The notes: a model not told the origin generated them from the sequence alone. A stretch of 32,000 bases of DNA from Hyperthermus butylicus DSM 5456 (GCF_000015145.1 NC_008818.1:1470001-1502000); one strand, 5' to 3'; counted from the first letter of the stretch, positions 18,841-27,814 are shown. Made by a program: numbers and translations.

Positions 18841-19572
18841 TTCTGGGCCACCTTTCCGCAGCCTCCCTAGCTAAAAAGTACGCCGACAAGTACGATTTCA
18901 TCGACCTCCTGCAGCTTAAAGCTAACAGGTTATATGATCCATCTCTAGGTGTGGTTAGGACTGTCAGGGCTGGACTCTTATATCTATCTCGGCGCTTAAA
19001 CTTCGAATGGGACGTATTCATCCAAGTTGATGCTGACACAATACTGTTAAACAACTATATCTATATTGTTATTATATATGACTAAGCATGGTAGTGTAGG
19101 TGTAGCCGGCGGTGTAGTCTTGAACGAACCCCAGGCCCGATTCCACGTGCCGAATACTGGTATGGCTGTGAGGAGAGAGGTGTGGAACGACTGCGGAGGC
19201 TACAGGCCTGTGCCAGCTCCTGACACTGCATACAACTCTGCGCTTTGGCGAGAGGGTGGAGATTGGGTATTGCAAAGAATGCGAAGATGATACTGCTGAG
19301 GCCGACACACATCAACCCCTATAAATCGGGGTTTGTTTATGGACGGAGCTACGGGAGGATTACTTCTCTACTCAATACTAAAGAGTGCAAGGAGATCCCT
19401 AACGACTAGGAAACCCGACGTCAAGTGGATAGTTTCATACATGTCGGGCTTCGTTTCTGGGAGACTAAACAGGAAATCATCCCCCTTCCTCGCAGAGCTT
19501 GAAAGGCAGAGAAGGCTCATCGAGAAATATAGATTGAAAGCCCTTCTTAAAGGAAAATACCTCTACTAACCG
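18841..19572 (+). pseudogene. Glycosyltransferase (GT2-like) remnant
   Basis: Fragments in different frames: FEWDVFIQVDADTILLNN / KHGSVGVAGGVVLNEPQARFHVPNTGMAVRREVWNDCGGYRPVPAPDTAYNSALW / AKMILLRPTHINPYKSGFVYGRSYGR / LLLYSILKSARRSLTTRKPDVKWIVSYMSGFVSG...; no single open frame. Confidence 0.75.
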
Positions 19573-19640
19573 CTACCTGGTAAGATCGAGAAACTGGGAA
19601 TGGAATTAAATAGATAAGCGGGCCGAGCGTGCCGCGCTGG

Positions 19641-20092
19641 CTAGAGGCCGAATAGTCCTCCAAGACCCTCGCTGAGGTCTACTTCTCTCTTCCTCCTTCT
19701 CCTCTTCTCCTTCTTTTTTCTTTTCCTCCTCCTTGGCTGGCGCTGGCGCGGCTACTGCCTCCAGGCCCAATTCTTTGGCTTTGTCTCCTAGGGCTGCTAT
19801 GACTGCTAGTTCCTCCTGTACTGCCCACGCGATTATGTCCTCCTCTAGGCCTGGGAGTAGGATGCCCGCCTCTCCAGCTACTGCCTTAGCCTCTAGGAAC
19901 GCCTTTGCCAGGGCTGCTTCGACGGCTCCGGGTACTGCAGGGTAGACTATCTCGACCGCTAGGCCTATGGCCTCCTTAGCGGCGTTTATGAAGTCATTCT
20001 TCACCTCCTTCAGGTCGAAGAGTAGCTGGTCCCTCGGGATTATCACTCCATCGTCGTACATTGCGAGTATCTTGAGGCTTATCTCTAAAGCT
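19641..20092 (-). pseudogene. Ribosomal stalk protein P0 (L10e) C-terminal fragment, 5'-truncated and frameshifted
   Basis: ALEISLKILAMYDDGVIIPRDQLLFDLKEVKNDFINAAKEAIGLAVEIVYPAVPGAVEAALAKAFLEAKAVAGEAG...PAKEEEKKKEGEEEKEEE, then the canonical P0/L12 tail EVDLSEGLGGLFGL* in a different frame (19641..19680). N-terminal rRNA-binding part absent. Confidence 0.8.
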
Positions 20093-20095
20093 CAT

Positions 20096-20775
20096 TTAGG
20101 CGAATCCTATGGGAAGGATGAATCGTATCCTCCTATAACCCGCCCTGATGTAGGCCTTGGTTACATCAATTGCCTTCTCTACACTACGGTACTGTACTTT
20201 CGCTTTGAATAGCCATGGGACTTGGCAGAACTTGCACCTGGATTTACATCCCCTCATTAGCTCTATTGGTGGGTATAATTTGAACTCCTCAACATATGGA
20301 TCATAGTCGTCGAGATCGATCATCTCGATCCTAGTAACGTTAAATACCCCATTCTCGTCCATGTAGGCTATGTTTGGAACATTGCCTGGATTCTCCCTCC
20401 TCATTATACTCTCAATTAGACCAGTTATTGCGTTCTCCCTGTCTCCAATTACGGCGGCCCACGCGCCATCCCTGAGGAGATGCCAGTACGCTCCCTCCGC
20501 ATGTGGACCGCTAACTATTACGAGATATTTTCTAGCTACCTCTCTAATTTCTGAGCGGAGTTCTAGGTATAGGGGGAAGGATACTCCATAAAGGATGACG
20601 GGCTGGTATCCCTTAGACTTCCATTCATTGGCTTCTTCTAACGGGTTTCTTCTACCATGGTGATTGGTATGTTTTTACCGTACTCCTTGATTAGTGACGC
20701 TATTATTGGACCGAATGCGTTTTTCGCACCGTATGCTATTCTCGCGATTACAGCTATCTTCAACCCTAACACCAT
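20096..20775 (-). pseudogene. B12-binding/radical SAM protein, frameshifted and C-terminally truncated
   Basis: MVLGLKIAVIARIAYGAKNAFGPIIASLIKEYGKNIPITMVEE [frameshift] NPLEEANEWKSKGYQPVILYGVSFPLYLELRSEIREVARKYLVIVSGPHAEGAYWHLLRDGAWAAVIGDRENAI...; radical SAM motif ELMRGCKSRCKFCQVPWLFK; ends at ...RFILPIGFA* against the P0 fragment. Confidence 0.8.
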
Positions 20776-21417
20776 CGTTGGCTTAAACCATGATTGTTGT
20801 GCCAGGCATATCTTGCATGATCTATCAATATATACCTCATTTAGTATCTGGCTTAATTCTTCGCTCATACAGTGGGATACACATAAAGGTCCCTCAACTA
20901 TCGAGACCAGTTTTCGTATGTTTTCCGGTGTTATACCGCCGATCCCTCCGACTATCATATATGGTTTTTACTTAGTATTGTGGCTGCTTTTTCTACAATA
21001 TTTATTGTGCCTGGATGACCGCAACCTATGATCAGTATTGGTCCCTTGTTTGATTCAAGTATAAGGCTTAATTCGTAGATGTCTTCTTTTGGATCGTAGA
21101 GTGGTGGCATTAGTACTATGTCGTCAATTCTCATGACCTCATTTATAACTATTACTTTGAAATTGAAACCTAGCCTCTCTAGTTTGTTTGTCGGTCCTGG
21201 AGGCGCGTAGATTGTTATGTTCTTGTTGCATTTTTGTTAGTGCGGAGAATCCAGCGTAGTGGTCTCTGTGCCAGTGACTTAGAACTGCGTAGTCTAGTTT
21301 AGATAGGTCTAATCCCAGTATACTGGCGTTGTATTCTAGGGAGTAGTATTTTGATCCTGCATCGAAAAGTACTTTCTTTCTTGCTTCTATGTAGATGCTT
21401 AGTCCTTTTCCCCTCAT
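20776..21417 (-). pseudogene. Metallo-beta-lactamase fold protein (COG1237-like), frameshifted
   Basis: KKVLFDAGSKYYSLEYNASILGLDLSKLDYAVLSHWHRDHYAGF in one frame; VIVINEVMRIDDIVLMPPLYDPKEDIYELSLILESNKGPILIIGCGHPGTINIVEKAATILS in another; KPYMIVGGIGGITPENIRKLVSIVEGPLCVSHCM in a third. Boundary with radical SAM unclear. Confidence 0.78.
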
Positions 21418-21565
21418 TATTCTTCCTGTTTTAGTGGTTTCATTTAATATATGTAGTATCGCTATTGTTCTTCACACTAAGTGCTGTCAGGACTCTTGTA
21501 GGAGGTTATGAGTGAGATATATATAAAGTGAGATATATAAAAAAATGGGGGTCGGGTTTATAGCG

Positions 21566-22777
21566 TTATTTTTCTCTTTTTACTAGTATTACGTAGAGGA
21601 AGTAGAATGTTGATGCTATTAGGAAGGCCATGAATAGGCCTGTTATGACTTGCACACTTTGTACTGTAGCTAGGGTGTTATATGTTTCGAGGTTTAGTAT
21701 GTTGGCCAGCCTCGATATCTGTTCTGGTGGTATTTGGGCCAGTATGTTTTGGCATGACGCTGGGCTTCCTAGGCATGCGATGAAGTAGGGGTATTGGCTG
21801 AAGGCGTTGAGTAGTTCTCCTAATGCTACTGTGAATAGTGCTATCAGTCCGCCTAGTAGTAGTGGTGTAGCCTTTGATTGTGGTATGATTCCTGCCCTAA
21901 GGTGCTTGTACGCTGTTGCGATGATGTAGATTTGTGCTAGGAAAAATATCATCTTTAATACGAATAGCCAGCTGACGTCAAAACCTATAGTCCCGTCTCC
22001 TGCTTTCCAGCCTAATCTAGCGAACACATTGTTGAACTTGTATGGAATGTTCCTTAGACTTACTGCGTACCAGAGGCCCATCACAATCATTAAGACCAGG
22101 CCTATTGCAATGATTGGCGTTAACTCCTTCACTACCTGGCTTACGGCCCTCTTGTATCCCTCATCTGTTGCCTTCACATATGAGTATGCTAGTCCTCCAA
22201 CTATTGCGAATGCTCCAGCCGTTACTGCTGCTATCAGTGATTTGAGGTATAGTGGCCAGTATGTTGGGTTACCTGTTAGAGCTTTTGCAACGTTGAGTGA
22301 TAGTTTGCCCCCTGATAGTTCAAGACCTACTGGAATGTTTAGGAATGCAAATACTGCTCTGAAGGCGAATGGTATTAGTAGTGCTGATAGAGCGAGTAGC
22401 GCGCCGAAAAAGTAGTGCACTCTTCTACTCCACCTGTCCCAGCCATAGTAGAATCCTGTTATAGAGAAGAAGTGGACTACGATCATGAGTATTGCTAGGC
22501 CGAATGGTATTAGTGTAAGGTGTCCTGCTAGTCCTAGGAAGTCTGGATAGAAGCTTAGTAGGAAGACTGTGAATGCTGTTGCGTATACACCGGCTACCCC
22601 ATAGGTTGCGGCGTAGAATTTCATTAGCTTATGGGCTACTTTATCCAGGTCCTCGTCGCCACTATTGTCTGCTTTCCTCTTTAGGTATGGCACATAAAGT
22701 GCTAGGAATATGCCTAGATTAACCATTACTATGTGGAACGCGAATACTAATGCTAGCCAGAATATGCTCCATAACAT
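21566..22777 (-). CDS. Cytochrome bd-type oxidase, CydA-like second subunit (CydA'-like)
   Basis: FHIVMVNLGIFLALYVPYLKRK, GVYATAFTVFLLSFYPDF, HFFSITGFYYGWDR (compare CydA FFFGWDR), many TM segments; RBS-like gaggaggtg; starts 1 nt after the cydA-like stop. Confidence 0.75.
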   Translation of the reverse strand: MLWSIFWLALVFAFHIVMVNLGIFLALYVPYLKRKADNSGDEDLDKVAHKLMKFYAATYGVAGVYATAFTVFLLSFYPDFLGLAGHLTLIPFGLAILMIVVHFFSITGFYYGWDRWSRRVHYFFGALLALSALLIPFAFRAVFAFLNIPVGLELSGGKLSLNVAKALTGNPTYWPLYLKSLIAAVTAGAFAIVGGLAYSYVKATDEGYKRAVSQVVKELTPIIAIGLVLMIVMGLWYAVSLRNIPYKFNNVFARLGWKAGDGTIGFDVSWLFVLKMIFFLAQIYIIATAYKHLRAGIIPQSKATPLLLGGLIALFTVALGELLNAFSQYPYFIACLGSPASCQNILAQIPPEQISRLANILNLETYNTLATVQSVQVITGLFMAFLIASTFYFLYVILVKREK

Positions 22778-22778
22778 G

Positions 22779-24470
22779 TTATTTCACCTCCTCTGGTTTA
22801 CCTGGTAGCCATAGGAATCTGTAGACGCTGTATCCTAGTGCTGCTAGTATTGCTAGGAAGAATATTGCCACTAGTGTCACGGCACCGACGCTTGGCGGGT
22901 TGACTGTGTGGGCTACATCGGGCGTCATTACTCCATAGATCGTCCATGGCTTCCTCCCTATTTCTCTTACTGCCCATCCTAGGAAGCTGACGAACTGTAT
23001 GATTATTATCGAGAGCGGTGCTACCGACAGTAGCCATCTAGGAGTTTTTTCCGGATCCTTAGTCCTCCATAGGTAGAAGACTATTGCTAGGGCGTATAGT
23101 CCCATGAGTATTCCAAGACCGGTCTTGGCATAGTATAGGTAGTGTATTATTAGTGGTGGTTTACAGGAGCCGATTCTCGCTGCGTCCTCCTGAAGCGTTG
23201 CTGGGAAGAAGCAGTAATCTGATGGAATCTTATCATAGTTGGGTAGTGGAGCATTGGGATCTCCGTAAGCTAGGAGCGCTACTAATTTCTCGCCGCCTGG
23301 TAATATTTTCGTGACGGGTGTTATCTGGTCGGTGGTGGCCTCCATCGCAGCGAATTTCTCTGGGTTATAATGGGCTATTGATGTACCCATCTCGTGGCCG
23401 AATACGAAGCCCTGTATTGCTATTGTAACGAGTGCTGATACAGCTGCAAACTTGAAGGCAGCATTGACGTAATCTTTGTACTCTTTGGGTGATTTGCCAT
23501 AGCTCTTTATCCTCATTGCATACGCGGCCATTATTGTGAAGGAGCTTACTGTTAATGCCGCCCCTATAACGTGTAGTATTGAAGCTAGGTAGACCGGGCT
23601 CTTGAAGGTGACCGTTGTTACTCCGACAGTCTCTATTGTTTTGACAAGTATCTTGTCCACGATGTCTTTAACGGGGACGTTTAGGATGTCTGGGTGGGCC
23701 TGAACGTAGTCTTTGTTTGCAACCAGTGCCAGTATGCTGTCTTTAACTGTATAGCCTGCCCAAGCCTCATAGACTAATCGTTGAACTATCTTTACCGGCA
23801 TCTCTACTACTACGGCGTCGCTCAATGTATCCTTGACAGTCATTCCAGCGGCCTGTAGTGCTGTGACGTTTAGTGCCTCGACTAAATTGCTGGGTACGAC
23901 AAGAGTCATCTTTGGATAACCTTGATCGTATAGCCATGCACCCGTGTTGGGATCATAGGCAGGCACTATGCCAGTAGGGGCTACCATATAGCTGTTTACG
24001 GAGACGATCATTGCAGCACTGTACCATGGCCCTATGAATGATAGGAATAGCAGTACGACCATGGCGCTTTTACCGAATTTCTTCCATCCATAGTATGTTA
24101 AGTATATGAATACGACTTCTAGTAGGAAGGCGAATACCTCAGCGTACAGTGGGAAGTATATGTATCTACCAGCTGCTTCTGTTAGGTTTGGCCAAAGTAG
24201 GACAAGGCCGAACTCGCTTGCCGTGCCTGTAGCAGCTCCTACTGCGAATACTATTACGAATCCCTTGAACAATGTATACGCTAGTCTCTCCCATTTTTTA
24301 TCATTGGTTTTGGCATATATTAGGTATGCTATAAATGATAGGAAGCTGAGGCCGACGACGTATTGTAGAATCGCCCAGTGGGCCTCAATACCTATGAGTG
24401 ATAGGACCCTGTCGGAAAACGCTGGATATTGACCCCATTGACCTAATAGGTCGGCCAATACCTCACCCAT
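22779..24470 (-). CDS. cydA: Cytochrome bd-type ubiquinol oxidase subunit I (CydA)
   Basis: EAHWAILQYVVGLSFL (heme His region), FVIVFAVGAATGTASEFGL, YAEVFAFLLEVVFIYLTYYGW (conserved Glu pair), GHEMG...KFAAMEA (Q-loop region), GWAVREIGRKPWTIYGVMTPD (GRQPW-type signature). Confidence 0.92.
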   Translation of the reverse strand: MGEVLADLLGQWGQYPAFSDRVLSLIGIEAHWAILQYVVGLSFLSFIAYLIYAKTNDKKWERLAYTLFKGFVIVFAVGAATGTASEFGLVLLWPNLTEAAGRYIYFPLYAEVFAFLLEVVFIYLTYYGWKKFGKSAMVVLLFLSFIGPWYSAAMIVSVNSYMVAPTGIVPAYDPNTGAWLYDQGYPKMTLVVPSNLVEALNVTALQAAGMTVKDTLSDAVVVEMPVKIVQRLVYEAWAGYTVKDSILALVANKDYVQAHPDILNVPVKDIVDKILVKTIETVGVTTVTFKSPVYLASILHVIGAALTVSSFTIMAAYAMRIKSYGKSPKEYKDYVNAAFKFAAVSALVTIAIQGFVFGHEMGTSIAHYNPEKFAAMEATTDQITPVTKILPGGEKLVALLAYGDPNAPLPNYDKIPSDYCFFPATLQEDAARIGSCKPPLIIHYLYYAKTGLGILMGLYALAIVFYLWRTKDPEKTPRWLLSVAPLSIIIIQFVSFLGWAVREIGRKPWTIYGVMTPDVAHTVNPPSVGAVTLVAIFFLAILAALGYSVYRFLWLPGKPEEVK

Positions 24471-24515
24471 CAACTAGTTATTACAATGTTCTGTTTTTAG
24501 TTCATAACACAAGCT

Positions 24516-24525
24516 CAAATAAAAG
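24516..24525 (-). promoter_or_regulatory. Candidate TATA box for the cydA/cydA' operon
   Basis: Minus strand reads cttttatttg about 45-55 nt upstream of the CydA ATG. Confidence 0.35.
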
Positions 24526-24769
24526 AATTTCGTTTAGAAGTGGTAATTTCGAAGAAGAAATTCTTTCTAACCGTACCCATTTTGTAGAATAAGAGTTTTC
24601 TCTAGATGATATTTCAACACTATGTCACTCTCATTCTATTATCCTTTTTCCAAATATGAGGAGTCTGAAATACTAACAAGCACTAATAGGAACCCCAGTA
24701 TGAGCTCTATACTCCCATACAATTCTGAAATGAGCGCTATCAATACCGAAAAGATTAGGAGTGATAGTG

Positions 24770-25688
24770 CTATTCTCCATGTGAGGAATGGTATTTTGAC
24801 GGGAGCATTATTGCAGTTGTGAGGAAGGCGTTGATGTCTGTGAATGTGAGCATAGTCGCTATTATGGTGAATTTGAAGAGCCAGGGGTCTACGATTAATG
24901 TGAGTATGCTCAATATAAGTAGTGAGATGAACAATTTTGTTCCAGACCTTATTAGTGTACCAAGGATAGCTCCTAGTGTAAGGGCTCCTGCATAGAGTGT
25001 CAGACTCATGTATATGTTACTCGACACGGCACTTGGCATATACACGAGCTTTGCTATTGACAACATGGAGATCAATAATGCTATAATTTGTATAGTGATT
25101 CTATTGTCCTCTTTACGAGGGTTTATTAATGCTTCTGTGAATTTGTCGACTACTTCGAGAGTTATCGCTGGTATGATTGGAGTCCGCTCCTGCACAACTA
25201 TTAATATCATAAAAATTATAATTATTAATATAATAGTTAAGATATGGATATCGAAAACAGTATACAATACTGACAACATTGCATGTGCAATACCAGGAGT
25301 AAACCCGTAGCTTCGAAATAAGAGATGCTATATCCCCCGACGGATCACCGCGCAGAATAGAAGCCAAACAGTAGAGGTACTTACGGCTAGGGATGAAGTA
25401 GAGAGTAGATAGGCAATCATCGCATAGCAGATGGAGTCGAAGACCATAACAAGGGAGACAGCTAGTATCGAGAGAATGGTAGATACAATAGTCTCCCTTC
25501 CTAGAGTATGCTTGGACAGTATATGGTACTGAAATTCTATAGGATAAGAACCATGTAACACCCCATATAGCAACCAATAAGGCAATATCGGTATACCTGT
25601 CCGTTAGCAGTAATGATACCTTAGCCTCAGTCAGGCTCCATACGAATAGCACACTGCCAGTAAATGCTACATACGGCCAGACCCTCAA
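24770..25688 (-). pseudogene. Multi-TM membrane protein(s), fragmented across frames, family not recognised
   Basis: Hydrophobic segments in successive frames: MRVWPYVAFTGSVLFVWSLTEAKVSLLLTDRYTDIALLVAIWGVTWFLSYRI / EFQYHILSKHTLGRETIVSTILSILAVSLVMVFDSICYAMIAYLL / MLSVLYTVFDIHILTIILIIIIFMILIVVQERT...IQIIALLISMLSIAKLVYM.... Confidence 0.5.
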
Positions 25689-25727
25689 TGGCCTCCTCCA
25701 TCCCCTAACACTATCATACCACTGGAG

Positions 25728-26108
25728 TTAAGGGGGTACATTCCCAACTGGAATGTATCTTCCCTTACAACCCCTTTTGAGAATCTCAGAGTAAAGGCCC
25801 ATTATTTTACGTGATTCACCCTCAGCAAAGAAGGCCTCCATACAGGCCTCGTTTAGGTGAGCATGTAGCCATGCTACAATCACCTCACTGTACTCCTCCG
25901 TTATATTAGATAGCTGACCGCTAGCCGGACAGTGAGCTACCAATATTCCCTTGCAATCATGTGGTACTAGTAGGTGGCTATGATCCTCTAAGTAACCCTT
26001 TATCGCTTCCTCAATTAACCTACTTCTATTTACTCCCGTCTGGTTGGATAGGACTTCGAGCATTTTGGCAATAGACTCATTAATACTTATTCCAAATCTT
26101 CTCTTCAC
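25728..26108 (-). CDS. NikR/CopG-like ribbon-helix-helix metal-responsive regulator
   Basis: VKRRFGISINESIAKMLEVLSNQTGVNRSRLIEEAIKGYLEDH (RHH domain) plus NikR-like C-domain (IVAWLHAHLNEACMEAFFAEGESRKIMGLYSEILKRGCKGRYIPV). GTG start overlaps the permease TGA (GTGA). Confidence 0.8.
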   Translation of the reverse strand: MKRRFGISINESIAKMLEVLSNQTGVNRSRLIEEAIKGYLEDHSHLLVPHDCKGILVAHCPASGQLSNITEEYSEVIVAWLHAHLNEACMEAFFAEGESRKIMGLYSEILKRGCKGRYIPVGNVPP

Positions 26109-26974
26109 CTGTACCACCCCGCGAAATACACGACTCCAAACTCTAGTACGAGTAAGCACCCCGTCATCGCCGAGGAACTCTGGTCAAATCCAATTGCTAA
26201 TGCGAGTCCTGCGAGGAATGAGAATAACGCTATTAGAATGCTCAGTGTTAAAGCCCTATAGACACCCTTTGAAGCATAGTGCGCTATGAGGCCTGGTATA
26301 AGTATTAATACGTGCTCTAATATGAAGCCGACTGTATTGATCATGACTATGACTACAATCCCTATGCTAGTATATAATGCGAGATCGTAGAGCCAGACCT
26401 TGAGTCCGGAGAGCCTTGCATCCTCAATGTCGGCTCCTATGTATACTATCTCTCTAGTCGTCGTATACGCGAAGAACATGAAAAGTATAGCGACGATCAT
26501 AGATATTACCGCGTCGCTTCTCGAGGAAAGCAGTGGATCTCCAAAAACAACGGCCCATATCCTTGATGAGTACGGATACCTAGTCAAGACATAATATGAA
26601 GCCAGCACCCCGCCACTTGCAGTGAGACCAACGAATAAGCTGGTCGCCTCATCTGGATCCATGCCCTTATAGGTCAACCATCCGACTAGGTAGACGAGTA
26701 CAAGGCCGATAACTAGCATCCATACTCTCATCGGGAGGCCTATAAAGACTGATAATGGTATTTAGAGGGCGGCGGCCAAGAATGCACTGTGAGGTGAAGC
26801 TGCTGCCATGTACATTAGCCTTCTTGAATAAACCAGCAAACTAAGTGCACCGAATGCTACTCCGCTTGAAGCCATTACAATTACCCACAGTGGATTGTAT
26901 TCTAATGCTAACACAACCGCTAATGATAATGATGACATCAGTATTATTGTGAGAAGCAAAGTGTGGTTCCTCAT
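26105..26974 (-). pseudogene. Metal ABC transporter permease (ZnuB/ABC-3 family), interrupted by in-frame TAA at 26762..26764
   Basis: N-part ...SLLVYSRRLMYMAAASPHSAFLAAAL* and C-part IPLSVFIGLPMRVWMLVIG...ADIEDARLSGLKVWLYDLALYTSIGIVVIVMINTVGFILEHVLILIPGLIAHYA...FDQSSSAMTG are in the same frame, separated by one stop codon. Confidence 0.75.
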
Positions 26975-27747
26975 TTTCTAGCACCTTCATGCTCGTCAAG
27001 AATATGTATATGTTTCTCCACCTCTACTATTGCCTCACCGTATACTTTCGATAGGAACGCTCGCCCTTAACACCTGATCCGGTGATCCCACCGCATATAT
27101 TATTCTTATTAAGTAGTACTACAACATCTGTGTATTTCTCCAGCAACAGGGATCATGGCTTGTTACATTAACCAGTTTCGTCTTTGATATCTCTCCTAGC
27201 AGATATGAGAATTCAATCTTGCCATGGGGATCTATGGGTGCTAAAGGCTCATCTAATAATAGAATTATAGGATCGTAGAGTAGGGTTCTGGCAATGAATA
27301 CTCTCATTAATACTCCACCACTTAGCTCCCAGAGCCTCTTTCCAAGGACGTCTCTCGTTAATCCAGTCCTGCGTAGAACGTCATAGAGTTTTTCCTTGAC
27401 ATCACTTCCCTCACTTAGTCTAGGCCAACGGCGCGTGAATAGGGCTCTAGATGAAAGGAAATCGTACACCGTCATGGGATTGTACCTAGATATTGGAGAC
27501 GTTGTGGCACATAGCCAATACACTCACCCGCAATGCTAGGATCGCCAGTAGCTTCACTTCCACATACTCTGACTATTCCCTTAGTCGGTTTGATGAGTCC
27601 TGCCATAATTCTTAGAAGGGTAGTCTTACCAACACCGTTCGGTCCAATAACCTGAACTAATGCTGGACCTTGTATGTTTATGTTAATGTCTTCTAATATG
27701 GGCTCGCCATCAACCGAGTAGCTTGTGTTAATCAGTTGAATCTGCAT
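26971..27747 (-). pseudogene. Metal ABC transporter ATP-binding protein (ZnuC-like), multiple frameshifts
   Basis: IQLINTSYSVDGEPILEDININIQGPALVQVIGPNGVGKTTLLRIMAGLIKPTKGIVRV...GYVPQR [shift] NPMTVYDFLSS...LWELSGGVLMRVFIARTLLYDPIILLLDEPLAPID...VTSHDP [shift] LLLEKYTDVVVLLNKNN [shift] KVYGEAIVEVEKHIHILDEHEGARK*; ancestral stop overlaps the permease ATG (ATGA). Confidence 0.82.
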
Positions 27748-27805
27748 TCTCCTCTGACCGTGCACAATATACAATGAAATCAAACTATTTATGCACACAT
27801 CAATA

Positions 27806-27814
27806 GCCTTGCTA
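27806..27814 (+). repeat. Right copy of imperfect 9-bp direct repeat (gccttgcta)
   Basis: See 18832..18840. Confidence 0.55.

Larger units (their letters stand above)
18833..27806. mobile_element. Inserted genomic segment (~8.97 kb), AT-richer than flanks, mechanism unknown
   Basis: Interrupts acylphosphatase between codons for ...RDVAR and RHSVVGWVRN; composition shift; many decayed genes inside; no integrase or transposase recognised. Confidence 0.75.

Noticed and set aside
18801-19054. 18593..19054 as an intact 153-aa gene from an ATG at 19054
   Set aside because: Codons upstream of ~18835 belong to the inserted segment (antisense to the glycosyltransferase remnant) and do not resemble the acylphosphatase N-terminus, which is found at 27807..27884.
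19700-19725. Programmed -1 frameshifting at the A-rich tract (aaaagaaaaaag) in the P0 fragment
   Set aside because: The gene also lacks its whole N-terminal half, so decay explains the frame change more simply. The heptamer is not in the canonical slippery phase.
19606-20061. ORF of 151 aa as a novel protein
   Set aside because: Its body is P0/L10e and its last 26 residues (RSRPQRGSWRTIRPLASAARSARLSI) are frameshifted readthrough; the proper tail EVDLSEGLGGLFGL is in another frame.
21566-24470. Plus-strand ORFs 22029..22415 and 24106..24432 within the cyd genes
   Set aside because: Antisense to clearly conserved membrane-protein frames; no recognisable motifs.
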